Source: Felis catus (taxonomy: Eukaryota). From it: DNA of 64,000 bases. This document shows positions 24,076 through 38,100 of the stretch, piece by piece; the first letter of the stretch is position 1, and every line of letters begins with the position of its first letter. The stretch spans positions 118,236,001 through 118,300,000 of the forward strand of contig NC_058368.1 in the NCBI RefSeq assembly GCF_018350175.1. The letters run 5' to 3'. The notes below the pieces were generated by a model. The model did not search any database. It had not been told where the DNA came from and saw only the letters and a list, made by a program, of their open reading frames with translations. Both the position numbers and the translations under genes were made by a program.

Positions 24076-25429
24076 CCAATCTTCAGTTTCCAAAATCTTG
24101 ACCTGAGGACTCTGCCGCACGCGAAGGGACTTTCATGTCCCATTCTGCTCTTTGTTGTCATGAACTTTGCTCTTCTAGAGCAAGTGTTTTTCCCCTAGAT
24201 TATTTTTATTGGAAAAAGTGAAGCAAATATAGAGATAATTATTGATTGCCACTCATCAGGTCTCTGCTACCTATCACCAACATCCTCCTGGGAACCTGCT
24301 GCAGGATTCCTGGGAACCACAGGAAATAAGTCCGTTAACCACTTGAAATGCTTTTATAAAAATAGACCGGAATTGACCTTCTTCCTGTGGAAGGGCCTCT
24401 TTCCTCTGGGCAAACATTGCAAAGAAATGTTATCTGCTCTTAGAAACCTCCCACGTCAGTCATCCTCCCAGCAGAATTTATCTGGACTTGGAATCCTGTT
24501 CTGAAATCGTCTCCCTACTGCCTGGGTCATTACCTGAGCAAATTGCTCATTTGTTATGTCCCTGCTGTTGTTTTTATATTAAAATGACAAGATTGAAGTC
24601 GAGGCCTGGGGGAACTATGGGGATATCCCAGTGCACACTGATATCCTGAAGGCCTTTCACCCTCACAGAGGTTAGCACCACTTTCCTTGGACTTCAGTAC
24701 AGGTGTGCTAGCCTCAGCATTTTGATCGTTATCCCCTTACCACATCCCTTATTTTTGAATTTGATTTAAATTACTGACATGTGGTTTTCCTTAAATTTTA
24801 ATTTCCTTATTTAAAGGAAGCTTTATCCCTCCGGTGTAACTGCAGAAGCATCCCATACACAGAAGGCAGTCCTCAAGATAAATACAGTGCAAGGCCAGCT
24901 GTGGTTGACTTCTGCTCACATGCTGTCTCCTGCCCACCCACCTCTTTGGCTTACAAAGAGAGAAAAGCAATTAAAAACCTAACTGCAAGAAACCAAAGCT
25001 GTCTCCTTGACTACAATCAAAATGACTGAAGGAAACTTCAAAGAGGGTTCCCTTTCTCTCTGCAGTGTTATGGAAAGATATCTTCATATCACTCAGAACT
25101 TCTGTATCAACAGGGGCACATGCCTCTACTTTGGGAAACAAAGGGTTAATAGGGTGTGTTACTTTACTGTTCTAGCAATTCAGCAAATAAGCAGAGGATG
25201 TCAGTCCCCTTAGAAGCTCTCAAATATAAAAGAGGGAGAGAAAAAAAGATAATACAGATAAACATCAATAAAAATTTTTTAAGATTGTTCCTGATCCTAT
25301 CAGGTGAAGAGAACTTCTGTGAACATGTCAATTCATAGAGTTATAAACCTTTTACAAAGCAGCTTATATATAGGAATATTTGAGATTTTCTGAAACAAAA
25401 AGACAGCTTTCTGCTTTGTTCGGTTTCTA

Positions 25430-26160
25430 CGTTGTTTGCCTGATTTGTATTTTGTTGCTAACTTTATTTCTAATTTTTCTTATTTCTGCTTACTTTTAGT
25501 TTACCTTGCCCTTTTATTTATTTATTTTCATGCAGAATCTTGGGTCATTAATATTACTTAGACCTTCAAAAATTTTTTTTAATATGAGCAGTTAAAGGTG
25601 AAAGTTTCCCTGTAATAATTGTTTTCGTTGCCTTCCCAAATTTCCATTACCAGTACTTTATATATTGTTAAGTTTAAACTACTCTATAATTTCTCCTTTG
25701 ATTTTTTTTTTTTTTGGTGGGTTATTTCAAAGTGTGTTGTTCAATTGAAAATATTTACAGTTTTCCAGGGCACCTGGGTGGCTCAGTGGGTTAAGCATCT
25801 CTTGATTTCAGCTCAGGGCATGATCTCACAGTTCGTGAGTTCGAGTCCTGCATCAGGCTCCGTGCACTGACACTGCAGAGCCTGCTTGGGATTCTCTCTC
25901 TCTCTCCTTCTGTCTGCCCCTGCCCCGCTTGTGCTCGTGCTCTCTCTCTCTCTCTCTGTCTCTCCAAATAAATAAATTAAAAAAATATATTTGCAGTTTT
26001 CCTAGATATGTTATGGTTATTGATATCTAAGTGAATTACATTGTGATCAGGTAACTTATTCCATATGATTTCAATTCTATTAAATTGATTCAGGCGTGGT
26101 TTGAAGAATCACATGATTCCTCTTTGTAAAATTTGTATACATAGATTGTTTTATAAGGCT
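25430..26160 (-). mobile_element. Old LINE-1 fragment (T-rich), interrupted by a SINE
   Basis: T-rich L1-like motifs, e.g. gatttcaattctattaaattgatt and aattacattgtgatcag. Confidence 0.55.
25768..25986 (+). mobile_element. CanSINE
   Basis: TSD ATATTTrCAGTTTT. Confidence 0.92.
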
Positions 26161-26219
26161 GTACTAAATATATTAGGATTGTTTTCCTCATCAATAAACG
26201 TAAATCTACATCTCCATTT

Positions 26220-26422
26220 TTTTTCTAAATTTTTAAATATTTATTTTTGAGACAGAGGCAGAGTGCAAGTGGGGGAGGGGCAGAGAGGGAGACACAGAAT
26301 CTGAAACAGGCTCCGGGCTCTGAGCTGTCAGCACAGAGCCTGATGCAGGGCTTGAACCCACGAACTGTGAGGTCGTGACCTGAGCTGAAGTCGGACGCTT
26401 AACTGAGCCACCCCGGCGCCCC
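26220..26422 (-). mobile_element. CanSINE
   Basis: TSD TACAyCTCCATTT. Confidence 0.92.
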
Positions 26423-28049
26423 TACACCTCCATTTGTAATGGCTACATAGGATTATAGGATTCCGTTCTGTAGACATGAAAACTCTAATCCTCTCTCGTT
26501 TGTCACCATTATAAACAAAGTCGCTATTACTTCCCTGGGGAGGATTTGTGGAAGTGGAATTACTAGGGAAAGCACATGCATTTTGTTAAGGTTTGTACTC
26601 AAAATATTCAGAAAGTTTCTACCTGCTACAGGTTTAAGTTCCGTTTTCACCCCTTGACTTACATGTACATCCTTTCTGATTTAGATGTCTGATCTTTGAA
26701 GCAGAGGAGAAATTGATTCGAAAGTTTCACACCTGCTGACTTTGGTTTCAAAGTCACCTCATAAAATGGGAGCCTTGCTGCCTTTGCCTAAAGTTGCTCT
26801 GAGGATGCACGTTACCCTTCATAGGATTTCACTGCAGGCGTTTCTGGACACGTGACTCAGCCCCAGGATTGCTTTTCCAGCGTGGGCTTGGGCACTTGCC
26901 AGAGTCCAGTGGGCCTAGACTAAGGGGGAACAGAATGCCCTGAGGCAGCACTGGAGCTGTCTTCTGACTGACACTTGGGGCACTTTACTCCCTTGCTGCA
27001 ACACCCTTACTCTCAGCTCCAACAAACCAGTCCTGACCTCTGTCCAAAGCTCACCTCCTCTACAAATCCGCAGGCATCGATGACTCCATTTAATCCAGCA
27101 ACTCCCAGACCTCTGGTAAAATCACCTGTACGTGCTTTATGTCCGTCCCTTTAATCCACTGTAGATTTGTAAATTCACAGTAAGTTCTTGCAAGGGCGAC
27201 CTCGTCTCCCACTTATTAAATGTGGGGCCTGGCACAGGGCACAGTGTATTGAAGGCAGTCAGTAAACATTTACTGAAATAAGAACCCGGTTTGTCTCCCA
27301 GGCGGAGGTGAGGCTTGGCACAGCCAAATACAAATGGCAGACAACTGAGAAGTCTTGCTCACGTAAGCACGCCAAATGGTGTCTGTCCTCGTGTTTAAAA
27401 GAAGAGACAGCCAAGATACTAGTTAAGAGCTCGCTGTGATTCAGACCAATGGATATGATCTCTGACTCATCCCTTTATAGATGTGTGACTACAGGCGAGT
27501 TGCTAATGCTCTCTGAATCTGTTTCCTTACGTGAACAGTACCTGCTCATAGTGTTGTAAAGATCAAATTCGATAGGAGCACGTGAAGTGAAATGTGCACA
27601 GTATCTAGCGTGTGACAAGCTCTCCATGAACGGTATTATTAATGTCTTTGATATTTTGGGTCTTCACAGAAGACCCAGCCTCCCTCCCGGGTTTGGGCTG
27701 TGGAGCTTCCTGCTTGCCTCTTCTTTTGTGAGCCGTGGGGGATGCGCCATGAAGGCTGCTTGGCTTTCTCAAAAGCATGCTCACGCCACCCTTCCGCAGA
27801 GGGAGATGGCTGCCCTGGTAAGAGGACTTTGCTTTCCTTTCAGGACTCCTGAAATCCAGATAACAAAGCTTCTGTCCAGTTAATAACCAAAACAGGAGAA
27901 GACTCACCAGGGGTCCACAGGTTGATTACTCATTGTTTCTTAAGGCTGTATATTTTGCGCTAACACTTCTGATTTTCTCAGGCCGTTTCCATTCATTGGA
28001 AGCATCGGGAAGGCAAGGGCTGGGCATCTTAAAAGAAAGTTACACTGTA

Positions 28050-28290
28050 ACATTAAGACCAGAGACTGCAGTCAGGGAGACCTGGGCCCTGATGTGGGTC
28101 TGCACTTATTTGCTGGGTGGCTTTAGGCAAGTAAGTCACCCACTCCCCTGGGCTTTGAGTTTTCTCATCCCTTGAATGGAGATAATAATAATACCTCATA
28201 GGGTGGTCTGGAGGATGAATGAGATAATGCGTGTAAAACACCTAGCAGGTACTAAGGTGTCCATGAATGTGAGTTACTGTCATCATCATG
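28050..28290 (+). mobile_element. MIR remnant
   Basis: ggcaagtaagtcacc...ataataatacctcatagggtggtctggaggatgaatgagataatgc. Confidence 0.7.
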
Positions 28291-28781
28291 TTTGAACGCT
28301 GGCATCACCTTTCTGTTGGACCTAGTTCAAGTCCTTGCCTGTGGGGTCAGCTCAGCAGCTTAAATGAATACCATGAATAGAATATGTGCCCCACCCGCCT
28401 TCTGCCAGAAGGTGAAATCAGAAATCTTTGTCATTGTGCAGATCCTAACTATAGTTTGTGGTGTTTTACTTTGAACAAGCTTTTTAGTCCCTGACTCTGG
28501 GGACCTCAGGAGCACATGTGAGTTTTTTACTTAAGCTATACCTTATGTCACCAGGCATAGGGCATAACTCTGCCTTTGCCTCCTGAGCTTTGTTCCTGAG
28601 TGGGTCCCCCCTGCGTGGGGATCATGGGAGTGCCCCTCCTCCAGGGGTTTGTACTCCCTGGGCCTGAGTTGGGGCTGGCACCTGTAAGCTCAACACGTCT
28701 CCCCAGGAGAATCTGATGCAGACCAGAGTGAGAACCCCTGGTCTGGGAAATCCTTTCTTGCTACATCAAGAGAGACATAAG

Positions 28782-28955
28782 GGGGTGCCTGGGTGGCTCA
28801 GTCGGTTAAACGTCTGACTTCGACTCAGGTCATGATCTCACGGTTGATGGGTACGAGCCCCACATCGTGCTCTCTGCATTAGGAAGGAGCAAACTTCAGT
28901 TCCTGGGTCTTCCTCTCTCTCTGCCCCTCCCCCTCTCAGGCACGTGTTTTCCCTC

Positions 28956-28986
<31 letters not shown>

Positions 28987-29038
28987 CCCTCTCTCCCCCT
29001 CTCTCAAAAATAAATAAACATGAAAAAAGTTTTTTTCT
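28782..29038 (+). mobile_element. CanSINE
   Basis: TSD AAGAGAGAsATAAG. Confidence 0.9.
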
Positions 29039-31395
29039 AAGAGAGAGATAAGGAATTCAGCCTAGAAGGGAGAGGCCAGCTTGATTATTTTTCTCCTTTT
29101 TAGCAAAGTCACTGAAATATCTCCAAATCTACTCTCCTTGTTTTCTTTAAAAGCAGTGGCCTGAGGGACATTGCCCGTTTTGATATGTTTATTTTTTCCT
29201 CTTTCTTTCCATTACTCATATTTCCTTTACTGAATTATTGTTTGTCCTTGCTGGGGGGTGGGGGGGTGGGGTAGGGAGAAAATAAAACAGAAGGTAAGGC
29301 AAAATGAATGAAGGCTCCAGGTCCCTGTAGCCTTGTTCTGCTGTGTGACACTGGGGCAGGTGGGCTGCCTGTCTCTGCAGCAAGAGGCACAGGCCTCCGG
29401 CAGGCACACCAGCGCACCCCGACTTGGGTTGTCGCAAAACTCTGGGTGTCTGATCACGGGCTGATCACGGGCACATGGTGGCAAGGCCCTTAGTTCTCCA
29501 AACCAAACCAGAAAGCAGTTCTGAAGAATAAACTTGGGCTTAATCACAGCACACAAGCCCATAATGAGATGAAATCGGGCCTCCAGGGTGAGCAAGGTTA
29601 TCTGGTTTAGGACTGTAATGAGGCTCTGTTATGTTTCCGTTTCTCTCTGCCTCTTATTTTAATGGGTAAAGTTGTTCCAACAGTTCACAGATTGGGGCAC
29701 TCATTTATTCACCTGATGAGTTCCACTGTGTGCCAGACATGGGGAATATAGTGGGAAACAAGGCAGATGCAATGAGGACCTCCTCGAGCTCACATTCTAG
29801 TGAGGAAACCCAGCATAAAAGGGACTCCAGTGAAGTGAGTGTTGCAGTGAAGTCCAGGGTACCATGGGAGCTAGATGATAGGGACCTATGGGGCCTAAGA
29901 GACAGGAAGACTTCCTGGAAGTGGAATTTATATTCCTAATGAGTAAGGGAAAAGAAGGTAGCAGGAAGAGCATGTGCAAAGGTCCTGAGTCCAGAAAGAG
30001 CATGTTTCACCTGGGGAGAAAAGAGTCGGTTGTGGATGAGGAGATACGGCTGTGGCTGGAGCAGTTGGCAGGGTCAGCCGACGCGGAGCCCTGGAGATTT
30101 TTATCTCAAGGACTGTGGAAAACTACTGCATGATGCAGGCTGGGCTATGACATAATCAGATTAGCTTTTTTTTTTTTTTTTAATGCCACTTGGCTACTTA
30201 GTGGAGAAGTATGGGAGGAGAGGCAGAAGCAGGGAATAGGTGAGGTGGCCCAAGTAAGAGGCAGCGGGACCTCAGGTAGGGTGATAGACGTGGGCATAAG
30301 CCAACATGTGGTGTCCATTCTTCATGGCTTCCCAGCCAGGTTATCTTAGATCACAAGCACCGTAGCTTTCTCTGAGAGAGACAGCAGCATTCAGTCAGTG
30401 CATGGCACTGAGAGGTGAGATAAACTTGGATTTTAAATTCCTCACTGCCAGATATACCAGGAAATGTATCTCTCCCCATGAGATGGTGCTGCTTTGAGAA
30501 TGTGGGGCTCATTGATCTTCAGTAGCCAATTTGGAAGTGAGGCACCATGGCATCTTAACAAGATGACAAATAATGCGGGGGAGCCAGAGTGCCCTCGCTG
30601 CCTGACCTGCCGGTCTGGGCATTAAGGACTATTCTCCCTGCTCCTGTCCATCCTGCTGTGACTCACCAAATGACTGGACAGATCATCTGTCTCTCACTTG
30701 CCTGTGTATGACCTCAAGAACTGCATTTCCGAGTCATGCTACTATACTTTATGAAGTATACAAGATCCTGTCATCTCTGAGAGTTTTAAGGGCAGATCAG
30801 ACAGCCTGGAGGGGAGGGAGTGGACCAGCCAGCTCTGAAGATGCTTCCTGGTCTTATGACACCTTGGGGCTTGGTGACACCATAAAAGATGGCTGAGGTC
30901 ATTCAAGGGCACTCATTCATTTACTCAGCAAATGGTTATTAAGAAACTGCTGTGTTCCTGGCCCCATTCTCAAGTGATGAACAAAGCTGGCAGTGTCTTT
31001 ACCCCATAGAGCTTAAATTCCAGTAATTTCCTGAGGCACGACCAGTGACCCACACTACTTCCATGCTCTCTTGGTCTTGGTGTTGAATAAGAAGGCCCAC
31101 ATTCCCTGGCATCGGACCTTCTGGTGGCCTCAGACAAGAGTGAACTTCCATTTTGCATATGTGCCCAGCTCTCTCTCACCCTCGGGCCCTTCAACCACTT
31201 TTCCCTTGGCCTGGAGCTCTCTTTGCCAACATTGTCTACCACCCCCAATATGTTCCTACTTCTCCTTCAGACGTCACTTTGAATATTACTCAGATAAGCC
31301 TTCGTTTACCACCAGCCCCAGGTCCAGACCCAGCCCTGTGGGGTGGGGGGGTGTCCCTTATCCTCCTCTTGTTTTTCCCCCCCCCCCGTTGCTGG

Positions 31396-31619
31396 TTTTT
31401 TTTTTTTTTTCTTCAACGTTTTTTATTTATTTTTGGGACAGAGCGAGACAGAGCATGAACGGGGGAGGGGCAGAGAGAGAGGGAGACACAGAATCCGAAA
31501 CAGGCTCCAGGCTCCGAGCCATCAGCCCAGAGCCTGACGCGGGGCTCGAACTCACGGACCGCGAGATCATGACCTGGCTGAAGTCGGAAGCTTAACCGAT
31601 TGCGCCACCCAGGCGCCCC
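31396..31619 (-). mobile_element. Young CanSINE (SINEC_Fc)
   Basis: Near-consensus; TSD CCCCCCGTTGCTG. Confidence 0.95.
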
Positions 31620-31918
31620 TCCCCCCGTTGCTGTTTACTGAACTGTTTCTCCCTCTCAACTTTGCCCCCTTAGGGCAGAGCCCTTGTCTCTGGTGCTCAG
31701 CTTTTTATCTGTAGTGCCTTGCATAGTGCTGGTACGTAATATGTGCTTAATAAATATTTGCTGAAAAAACTGAGGAAGAGAGGGGAATGATGATCTGTGC
31801 TGTGCAGCGTATAACTTTTGCTTAAAAGACACGCACTGTGCTTAGAAACCCCTCATGAACCAAAGCCTGAGAAACTATGCTAATTAGCCACTTGCCATAC
31901 TGAACCCAAGTATGAGTA

Positions 31919-32033
31919 TTTTTTTTTAAGATCTTTTTTTTTTAAGTAATTTGAACACCCAATGTGGGGCTTGAACTCATAACCCTGAGATCAAAATTTG
32001 TACACTCTAGCGACCGAGCCAGCCAGGCACCCC
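31919..32033 (-). mobile_element. Short CanSINE lacking CT tract
   Basis: TSD AAGTAwGAGTATTTT. Confidence 0.8.
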
Positions 32034-33079
32034 CAAGTAAGAGTATTTTTGATTGGTTATATCCATATGACATTAATCCTACATATTTTCTAAAACCGCT
32101 GATCTCTCCCTACTATAACTAACAGATCAAGAGAGATGAAAAAACCAGGGAAGAGAAGAGTTAAATTGATCTGTTATTATTCATTAATTCAGTCAACGAA
32201 TATTTATAAATCAGGCACTAAGGACAAGGAGGCAACAGAAAGTCCTCGCTTTCGTTGTCTTTTTTTATTCCTGTAGGGGGAGATACTGCAGTTTTAAAAA
32301 GTGTCCAGCTGACTAAGAAAATCTGAAGCAGTGCCAATTCCTGTTTTCCTCTGTTGAAATCAAACATCAACAGAAGGGGGAAGTGCACTGGTAGGGGGAG
32401 AGTGGTCCGGGTGTCTCTGAGGAGGTGACCTTGAGCTGTGACCTTTGAAGATGAGCAGGAGTTCAGCGGGTGGGGTCAGGGATGTGTGCAGGGCCACATG
32501 CATCCGCGTCCATTTCACCAGAGGGAGGAGACTGAGTGATCCCAAGGAGCAAGGAGCTGGCACATTTCAGGGAAGAAAAGTCAAGATGCTGAACTTTCTT
32601 CCAGGTGTTAGTCCAGAGGAGGCAAAGGACTCAAAAACAATTCACCAATGGGGGGAGAGGAGGGTGCGCAGGACTTAATATAATCTTTTCAAAGGACAGA
32701 TGCTTCTCTGAGGGCCAGTGCTGCCTCTATCCTAAACCTACCCTGATCATCCCAAGCTCGGCTTCATCATTTCCTCCTGCAGCCTGCTGGCTAGAGCTGT
32801 TTGTGGTGGTCGCTATGTTCTACCCAGCACTTAGAGCTATTTGCATCTGTTGTTGGCCTCCCTAAGGCCTTTTCAGCTTCACGAGGACAGGCATCAGATC
32901 TTATTCATTCCCTTCCCCCATGGATACATGCTTGCCTCGCACTTATGGACGCTCAGTGAATGTCTGCTGACATTTATTAAATCAAATACCTAAGATTTCT
33001 GGCTAATACTTTGAAAACATACCTATTTTTAAAAAGTCTTGATTTGGGTCACAGGAATGGTAATTTGGAGCATAAAACT

Positions 33080-33276
33080 CTTTTTTTTCCCCCGAATGTT
33101 TATTTTTGAGACAGACAGAGTGCGTGCAAGTGGGGCAGAGAGAGGGGGACAGAGGATCTGAAGCAAGCTCTGTGCTGACAGCAGAGAGCCTGACGTGGGA
33201 CTCGAACCCATGAATTGTGAGATTACGACCTGAGCCAAAATCGAACACTCAACCAAATGAGCCATCCAGGTGCCCC
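33080..33276 (-). mobile_element. CanSINE
   Basis: TSD TGGAGyATArAACT. Confidence 0.9.
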
Positions 33277-35197
33277 TGGAGTATAGAACTTTTGAGGGAG
33301 ACCCACACTTGGATGGTTCTAGTGGAGAACATTGAATGCCTTGAGGCTTTCCAGTGGAGGGGGCAGGATAAGAAAAGAAAGTTGTGGGGGGGGCACAGAA
33401 AGAAGCAGGGCTTCTTCTTTCTCTATTTTGGCTGTTTTGTTCTTGTTGGTGATTAAAAACCATTGAAAATCATTTTCTGCGCTCCCTCCAGCCCTGTGCC
33501 ACAGATGTCCGTGTGTGCCCGAAGATTGCTGCTGCCTGGGTTTGTTGGTTGATTTAAGTGTTGGTTGGGGTTTGTTGTTTCCTTGGTCATTTCTTCCTTT
33601 GAGTTTATTTTGCATATATACGGAATGTTTTGTCCTGATCAGAATGTTTTGTCCTAGATATATGCAGCTAGAATGTATCTTTAATTATCACTTAATTAGT
33701 ATTTTTAAAGTTGAATTAGTGTTCAAACTGGAATTTATATCAAATGGAAGTTTGGTATTGGAAATATAAAATCAGTACCAAATGCCACAGAAGGGAATTG
33801 TAAAAGCAAGTATGATCAAAATATAGCATGTTAGGAAATTAAAAAAAATAGGAAATACATAACTCTAAAGCCTAATTTGTATGTGCTGTCTTATCAAGTG
33901 CTTCCTAGATTTTATCCATGATTTCATATAGCAGCACTTCGACACAAATACTGTTATTCTCATTTTAGTGGATGAAAGCGCTGAGCTCTTGAGAAATTAA
34001 GAAATTAAGTAGCTCCCAGAGTTAGGAGGTCTTCCCATTCTGAATTATTATTTTGGTTTTCGTTTTTGTTTGCAAATGGAATACGGAAAGAGGACTGCGT
34101 GAATTTCATGGAGCTAAAAAGTAGAATAGATGGTGGGGCCAGAGTTTGTTAGCCTTTAAGACATAAATTTATGTGTTAACTGTTTGCTTTTGGAAGTAAT
34201 CTAATGAAGCACGGAATCCCAAAGCAGACATGCGAGGATAGAAAGGAGCTGTGTGCCGGGAGGAGTGAAGGAAAGCGCCCACCGTTAGCAGAGGAGTCGC
34301 TAACCCTTGGCTCCTTGGGTTGCTTGGCAGTGATAGCGCCTGAGTTGAGGATGAAGAATGGCCCAGAAAGGAAAGGGTTACACGGAGACGGGGAAGGAAA
34401 CAGAGGACACGAGTGCTTTGCTTCTCGCTTGGCTGTAGCTTATTAACTAAACCCAAATTCATTTTCCTTGTCCCCTCGGACTAAGGTTAAAATCCTGATG
34501 GAGGCCGGAGGGGATGGTCCTGTGGGACGTTTTCAGGGTCAGGAAACTCACATGCAAGCTACTTTGTTTACATCAGCAAATCCAGCTGCATCGTGCAAGC
34601 GCTTGACCGGCCACTGACTCGCAACTCAAAACAGATGTCTGGGCTGCATAGAGGAAACACACAGGGCTCCTGACCTGGTAGGACTTTGTCTTGATGAGTT
34701 GGGAAAAGGACAAGAGGTGGATGGCACCAGGTGCCAAGAGTTGACAAGAGCAGCGACCTGGTAGACCTGGCTGTGTGCTGGCTCGAGCGTATGGGCTCCC
34801 AGAGGAGATGCTCAGAGAGGACGGGAAAGGCCAAGCTGCTTTCCTGCCTGAGAAAGCCAACTTCCTGTGTATGTTGGACTGTGGGGTTCTGAACCGCCTT
34901 TGGCGGGTGTGGAAGGAGTTGAGGCCCCCCAGGCTAGAGAAAGTGGAATCAGAACCAGGATTCTACTTGGAGCTCAGTCCTAGAAATGGACCTTCTAATT
35001 TCTACCTACGTAACATTCATTTTTGAATGTTACCCATATGGTAGATGGTGAAATAAATCTCTGCTAATAAATTAAGTGGTTATATAATAAATGGTCAGGT
35101 TAATCATTATGTTAGACTTATTGCAGGTAATGTTTACCAGTTAGAAATATTAGTAAATGATAAAAAACCAAGTCGTCCCTAAAGAACCAGGTACTTT

Positions 35198-35406
35198 GGG
35201 GTACCTGGGTGGCCCAGTTGGTTAAGCGTCCAACTCTTGATTTCAGCTCAGGTCAAGCTCAAACTGGTCCGGGGGTTTGAGCCCTGCATCGGGCTCAAAG
35301 CTGACAGTGCAGAGCCTGCTTGGGATTCTCTCTCTCACCCTCTCTCTGTCCCTCCCCTGCTCATGTTCTCTCTCTCTCAAAATAAATAAACTTTAAAAAA
35401 AAAATA
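35198..35406 (+). mobile_element. CanSINE
   Basis: TSD approx. CAGGyACTTT. Confidence 0.9.
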
Positions 35407-35670
35407 AACAGGCACTTTCACATACACTGTATCCAGTGCCTCCCAGCAAACCCCATGTTATCTTATTTGAACAAATTAGTTGCATTCCATACCGTGCTCT
35501 ACTCTGTGAACTGATTTTCACTTAATAGATTTGCAAAATTGAATACTGTGATACAATTCTTCCTTGAGAAAAAGGATGAAATCAAGACAATAACAATTAT
35601 TTCAGCGATGAAGAATGATTTTAAAAGACAGTACTACATATATATGCATTGGAAAGTGAGAGTACAAATT

Positions 35671-35720
35671 ACACAAACACACACACACACACCACAACAC
35701 AACACAACACAACACAACAC
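35671..35720. repeat. (CA)n/(CACAA)n compound microsatellite
   Basis: Direct inspection. Confidence 0.85.
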
Positions 35721-36842
35721 AAATATGTGCACACACCCCCAAATGCGACAACAGCCATCATTGACTGGTAAGGTTACAGATGATTTTTTTTCTTCTTTAT
35801 ATTTTCCACATTTCCCTAACTTTTTATAAGTAGCATGTATTATTTGTATAAATGGAGAAATTTCTATTTTGGAAATCCACTAAAAATGCTACATATACCT
35901 CTTGCTGTAGTCTAGGGGTCCATACCTTGAGTTATTGCTGCAAGTTCCTCACTTGATGCACCTTCTAGGAAAATAGACCTTTTTCCCTTGAGATAAAATT
36001 TGAAAGTTTCTCAGTAGGGAGCAATTGCTAAACCTAAGATTCAAAATGGCACCCAGGGGACAGGTGTAGCTAAGGGACTAGGCTTAGAATACCTTATGAC
36101 ATATTGAGCATAGAAAAAAAATAATTTCTCCTTCTAGAAACATGACCATTTTTCTGCATCTGACCTTTCTGTCTTTGTGGCCCCTGTTAGGAGACTCTAG
36201 TTACAGGAAAGCAGATCTACATTTGCACCCCAGCTCCACAGTCTGCTAACCATGGGACCTTGGCCAAGTCACGTATCATCTTTGTGCCTCTGTCTGTAAA
36301 CCAATAGGCTTATTTTGAGGATTAAATGAATTAATGCAAGTAAGCTCATGTTAGCACAAACAGTAAATGTTGGCTATTACCATTATCTCCTTGGCTTGTC
36401 CCAGGCATCTTTTCCAACTATTATATGGAGAACATTTTTCTGATTTAGCTGGTTTTTATAATTTCAAGGCATCCTTTGAGAACCAGGGCCTTCCAGAATG
36501 GCCCCAGGAACCCTCAGAAAAGGGGAAGGCTTAAAATGTAGTTCTTCCTTACCTGCTGGCACAGGGCTTGTTTCCCCACAGAAGCTTCACCGTCTGGTTG
36601 AGCAGGAAACTTCACTCACTAAGGAAGCCCCTGGGAGCCTGGCTGCCTGGCCCCATTGCCTGCTTCCCTTAATAAGCCAGCACTCTCTTTAAACTGTTCC
36701 TTTTGGTGTCTCTGACTCAGACTATCTTAGATCATTCTGAGACAGGCTTCTCCTCCTTCCCTACTTCTACCTGCTGTCCTGGACATTTGTCATGCCTTTG
36801 ACTGCCCAGTATCTACAGCCACATCCCCAATTTGAGGGATTA

Positions 36843-36843
<1 letters not shown>

Positions 36844-36883
<40 letters not shown>
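36844..36883. repeat. (CA)n microsatellite
   Basis: About 20 units. Confidence 0.96.
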
Positions 36884-36884
<1 letters not shown>

Positions 36885-37854
36885 CGTCTTGGTCTGGCCT
36901 GTCCCTTCCTGTGATATTGGACCACCATGCCTTCCTAGTGATTCTTTGGGCAACTCCACGTTCTCTGAATTCTCTTCCTGTTTATTCACAGTCAAAATCG
37001 ATTTTGGTTGCTTACAATTAAGAAGCCTAGCCAGCTCCTACTTTGGCATAAATCCTTCAGCTGTTAGTGCCCCAAACTCTCTGAGCTTCTCATGCTATGG
37101 CATTTCTTACACCCTACTGGTTATGACATATTATTATAAGTGTCTGCCCATCTTCCCCAGATTGTTAGCTCCCTGAGGACGAGGACTAAAGCCATCTAGA
37201 TCCCTGCAGTATCTCTATCATGGAACAGAGTACCTAGTCCGTAGTAGGACCTCAGCAAATGCCACATGAATGAGCAAGCACCAAAACCATACCACATAGG
37301 TGGGGACCAGAATAACTACAGTAGTTCCACTTGAAGAATCAGTTAACTTGCCAGCTTTCTGATAACCTGGCACCATTCCCAGTCTCATTCTAGGGGAAGC
37401 CAGATTTCCTTTAGGCTTTGGCAAGGAAGAGCATATTCCAGCAGCATCTTGAGTGGGAGGGTGCGAAGTTGGCCGCGTCTTAAAGTGGGTGAGTAATCCC
37501 CCAGGCAGCACTTAGCTTTAAACTCTGGCTTATAATGTGGTCATCTCCTGAAGCTCCCAGCTTAAAATGGAAAGTGGCATTACTCATGGTGAAGAGCAGA
37601 CAATAAGAAAACATTTAGGTGGGGCCCGACACAATGGAGTGAGTATTCCCTGATGATGGATGAGAGCATCTCTGCCCTCAGCACCCTCAGCCCCGGCAGA
37701 CCGCTCAGTCATAGCAGGGCTTTTGAATTACACCTCCAACTTAGCTCACCACTCAGTACTTTGCTCTTTGGGGTGTTGGGAGACACTGTGTTTCTCAGCC
37801 TACAGGAGGCGTGGTGGGAGGAAATGCCCCTGAATCCGTATCAGCAGGTGATAT

Positions 37855-38100
37855 AAAGCGGTGGTTACCAACATAGGCTTCAGCATTCACCAGACCTGGG
37901 TCCGAATCCCAGCTCATCTACTCTAGCTCCGTGACCCTGAGTAAGTTATTTAACCTCTCTGATCCTCAAGTTCCTCACCTATAAAATGGGTTAGATCATA
38001 GTACCTACTACAAGGTCATGGGAAAAGTAAATCAGACCATCTGTATAAAGTTTTTTATCACAATGCCTGGCATATAATCCGCACTCAGTAGATGATCACT
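37855..38100 (+). mobile_element. MIR, near full length
   Basis: cagacctgggtccgaatcccagctc...gtgaccctgagtaagttatttaacctctctg...ataaaatggg. Confidence 0.8.

Noticed and set aside
36640..37030. Possible ERVL/MaLR solo LTR around the (CA)n
   Set aside because: Only the 3'-end-like motif ggttgcttacaattaagaagcct is suggestive, which is too weak to call without a search.
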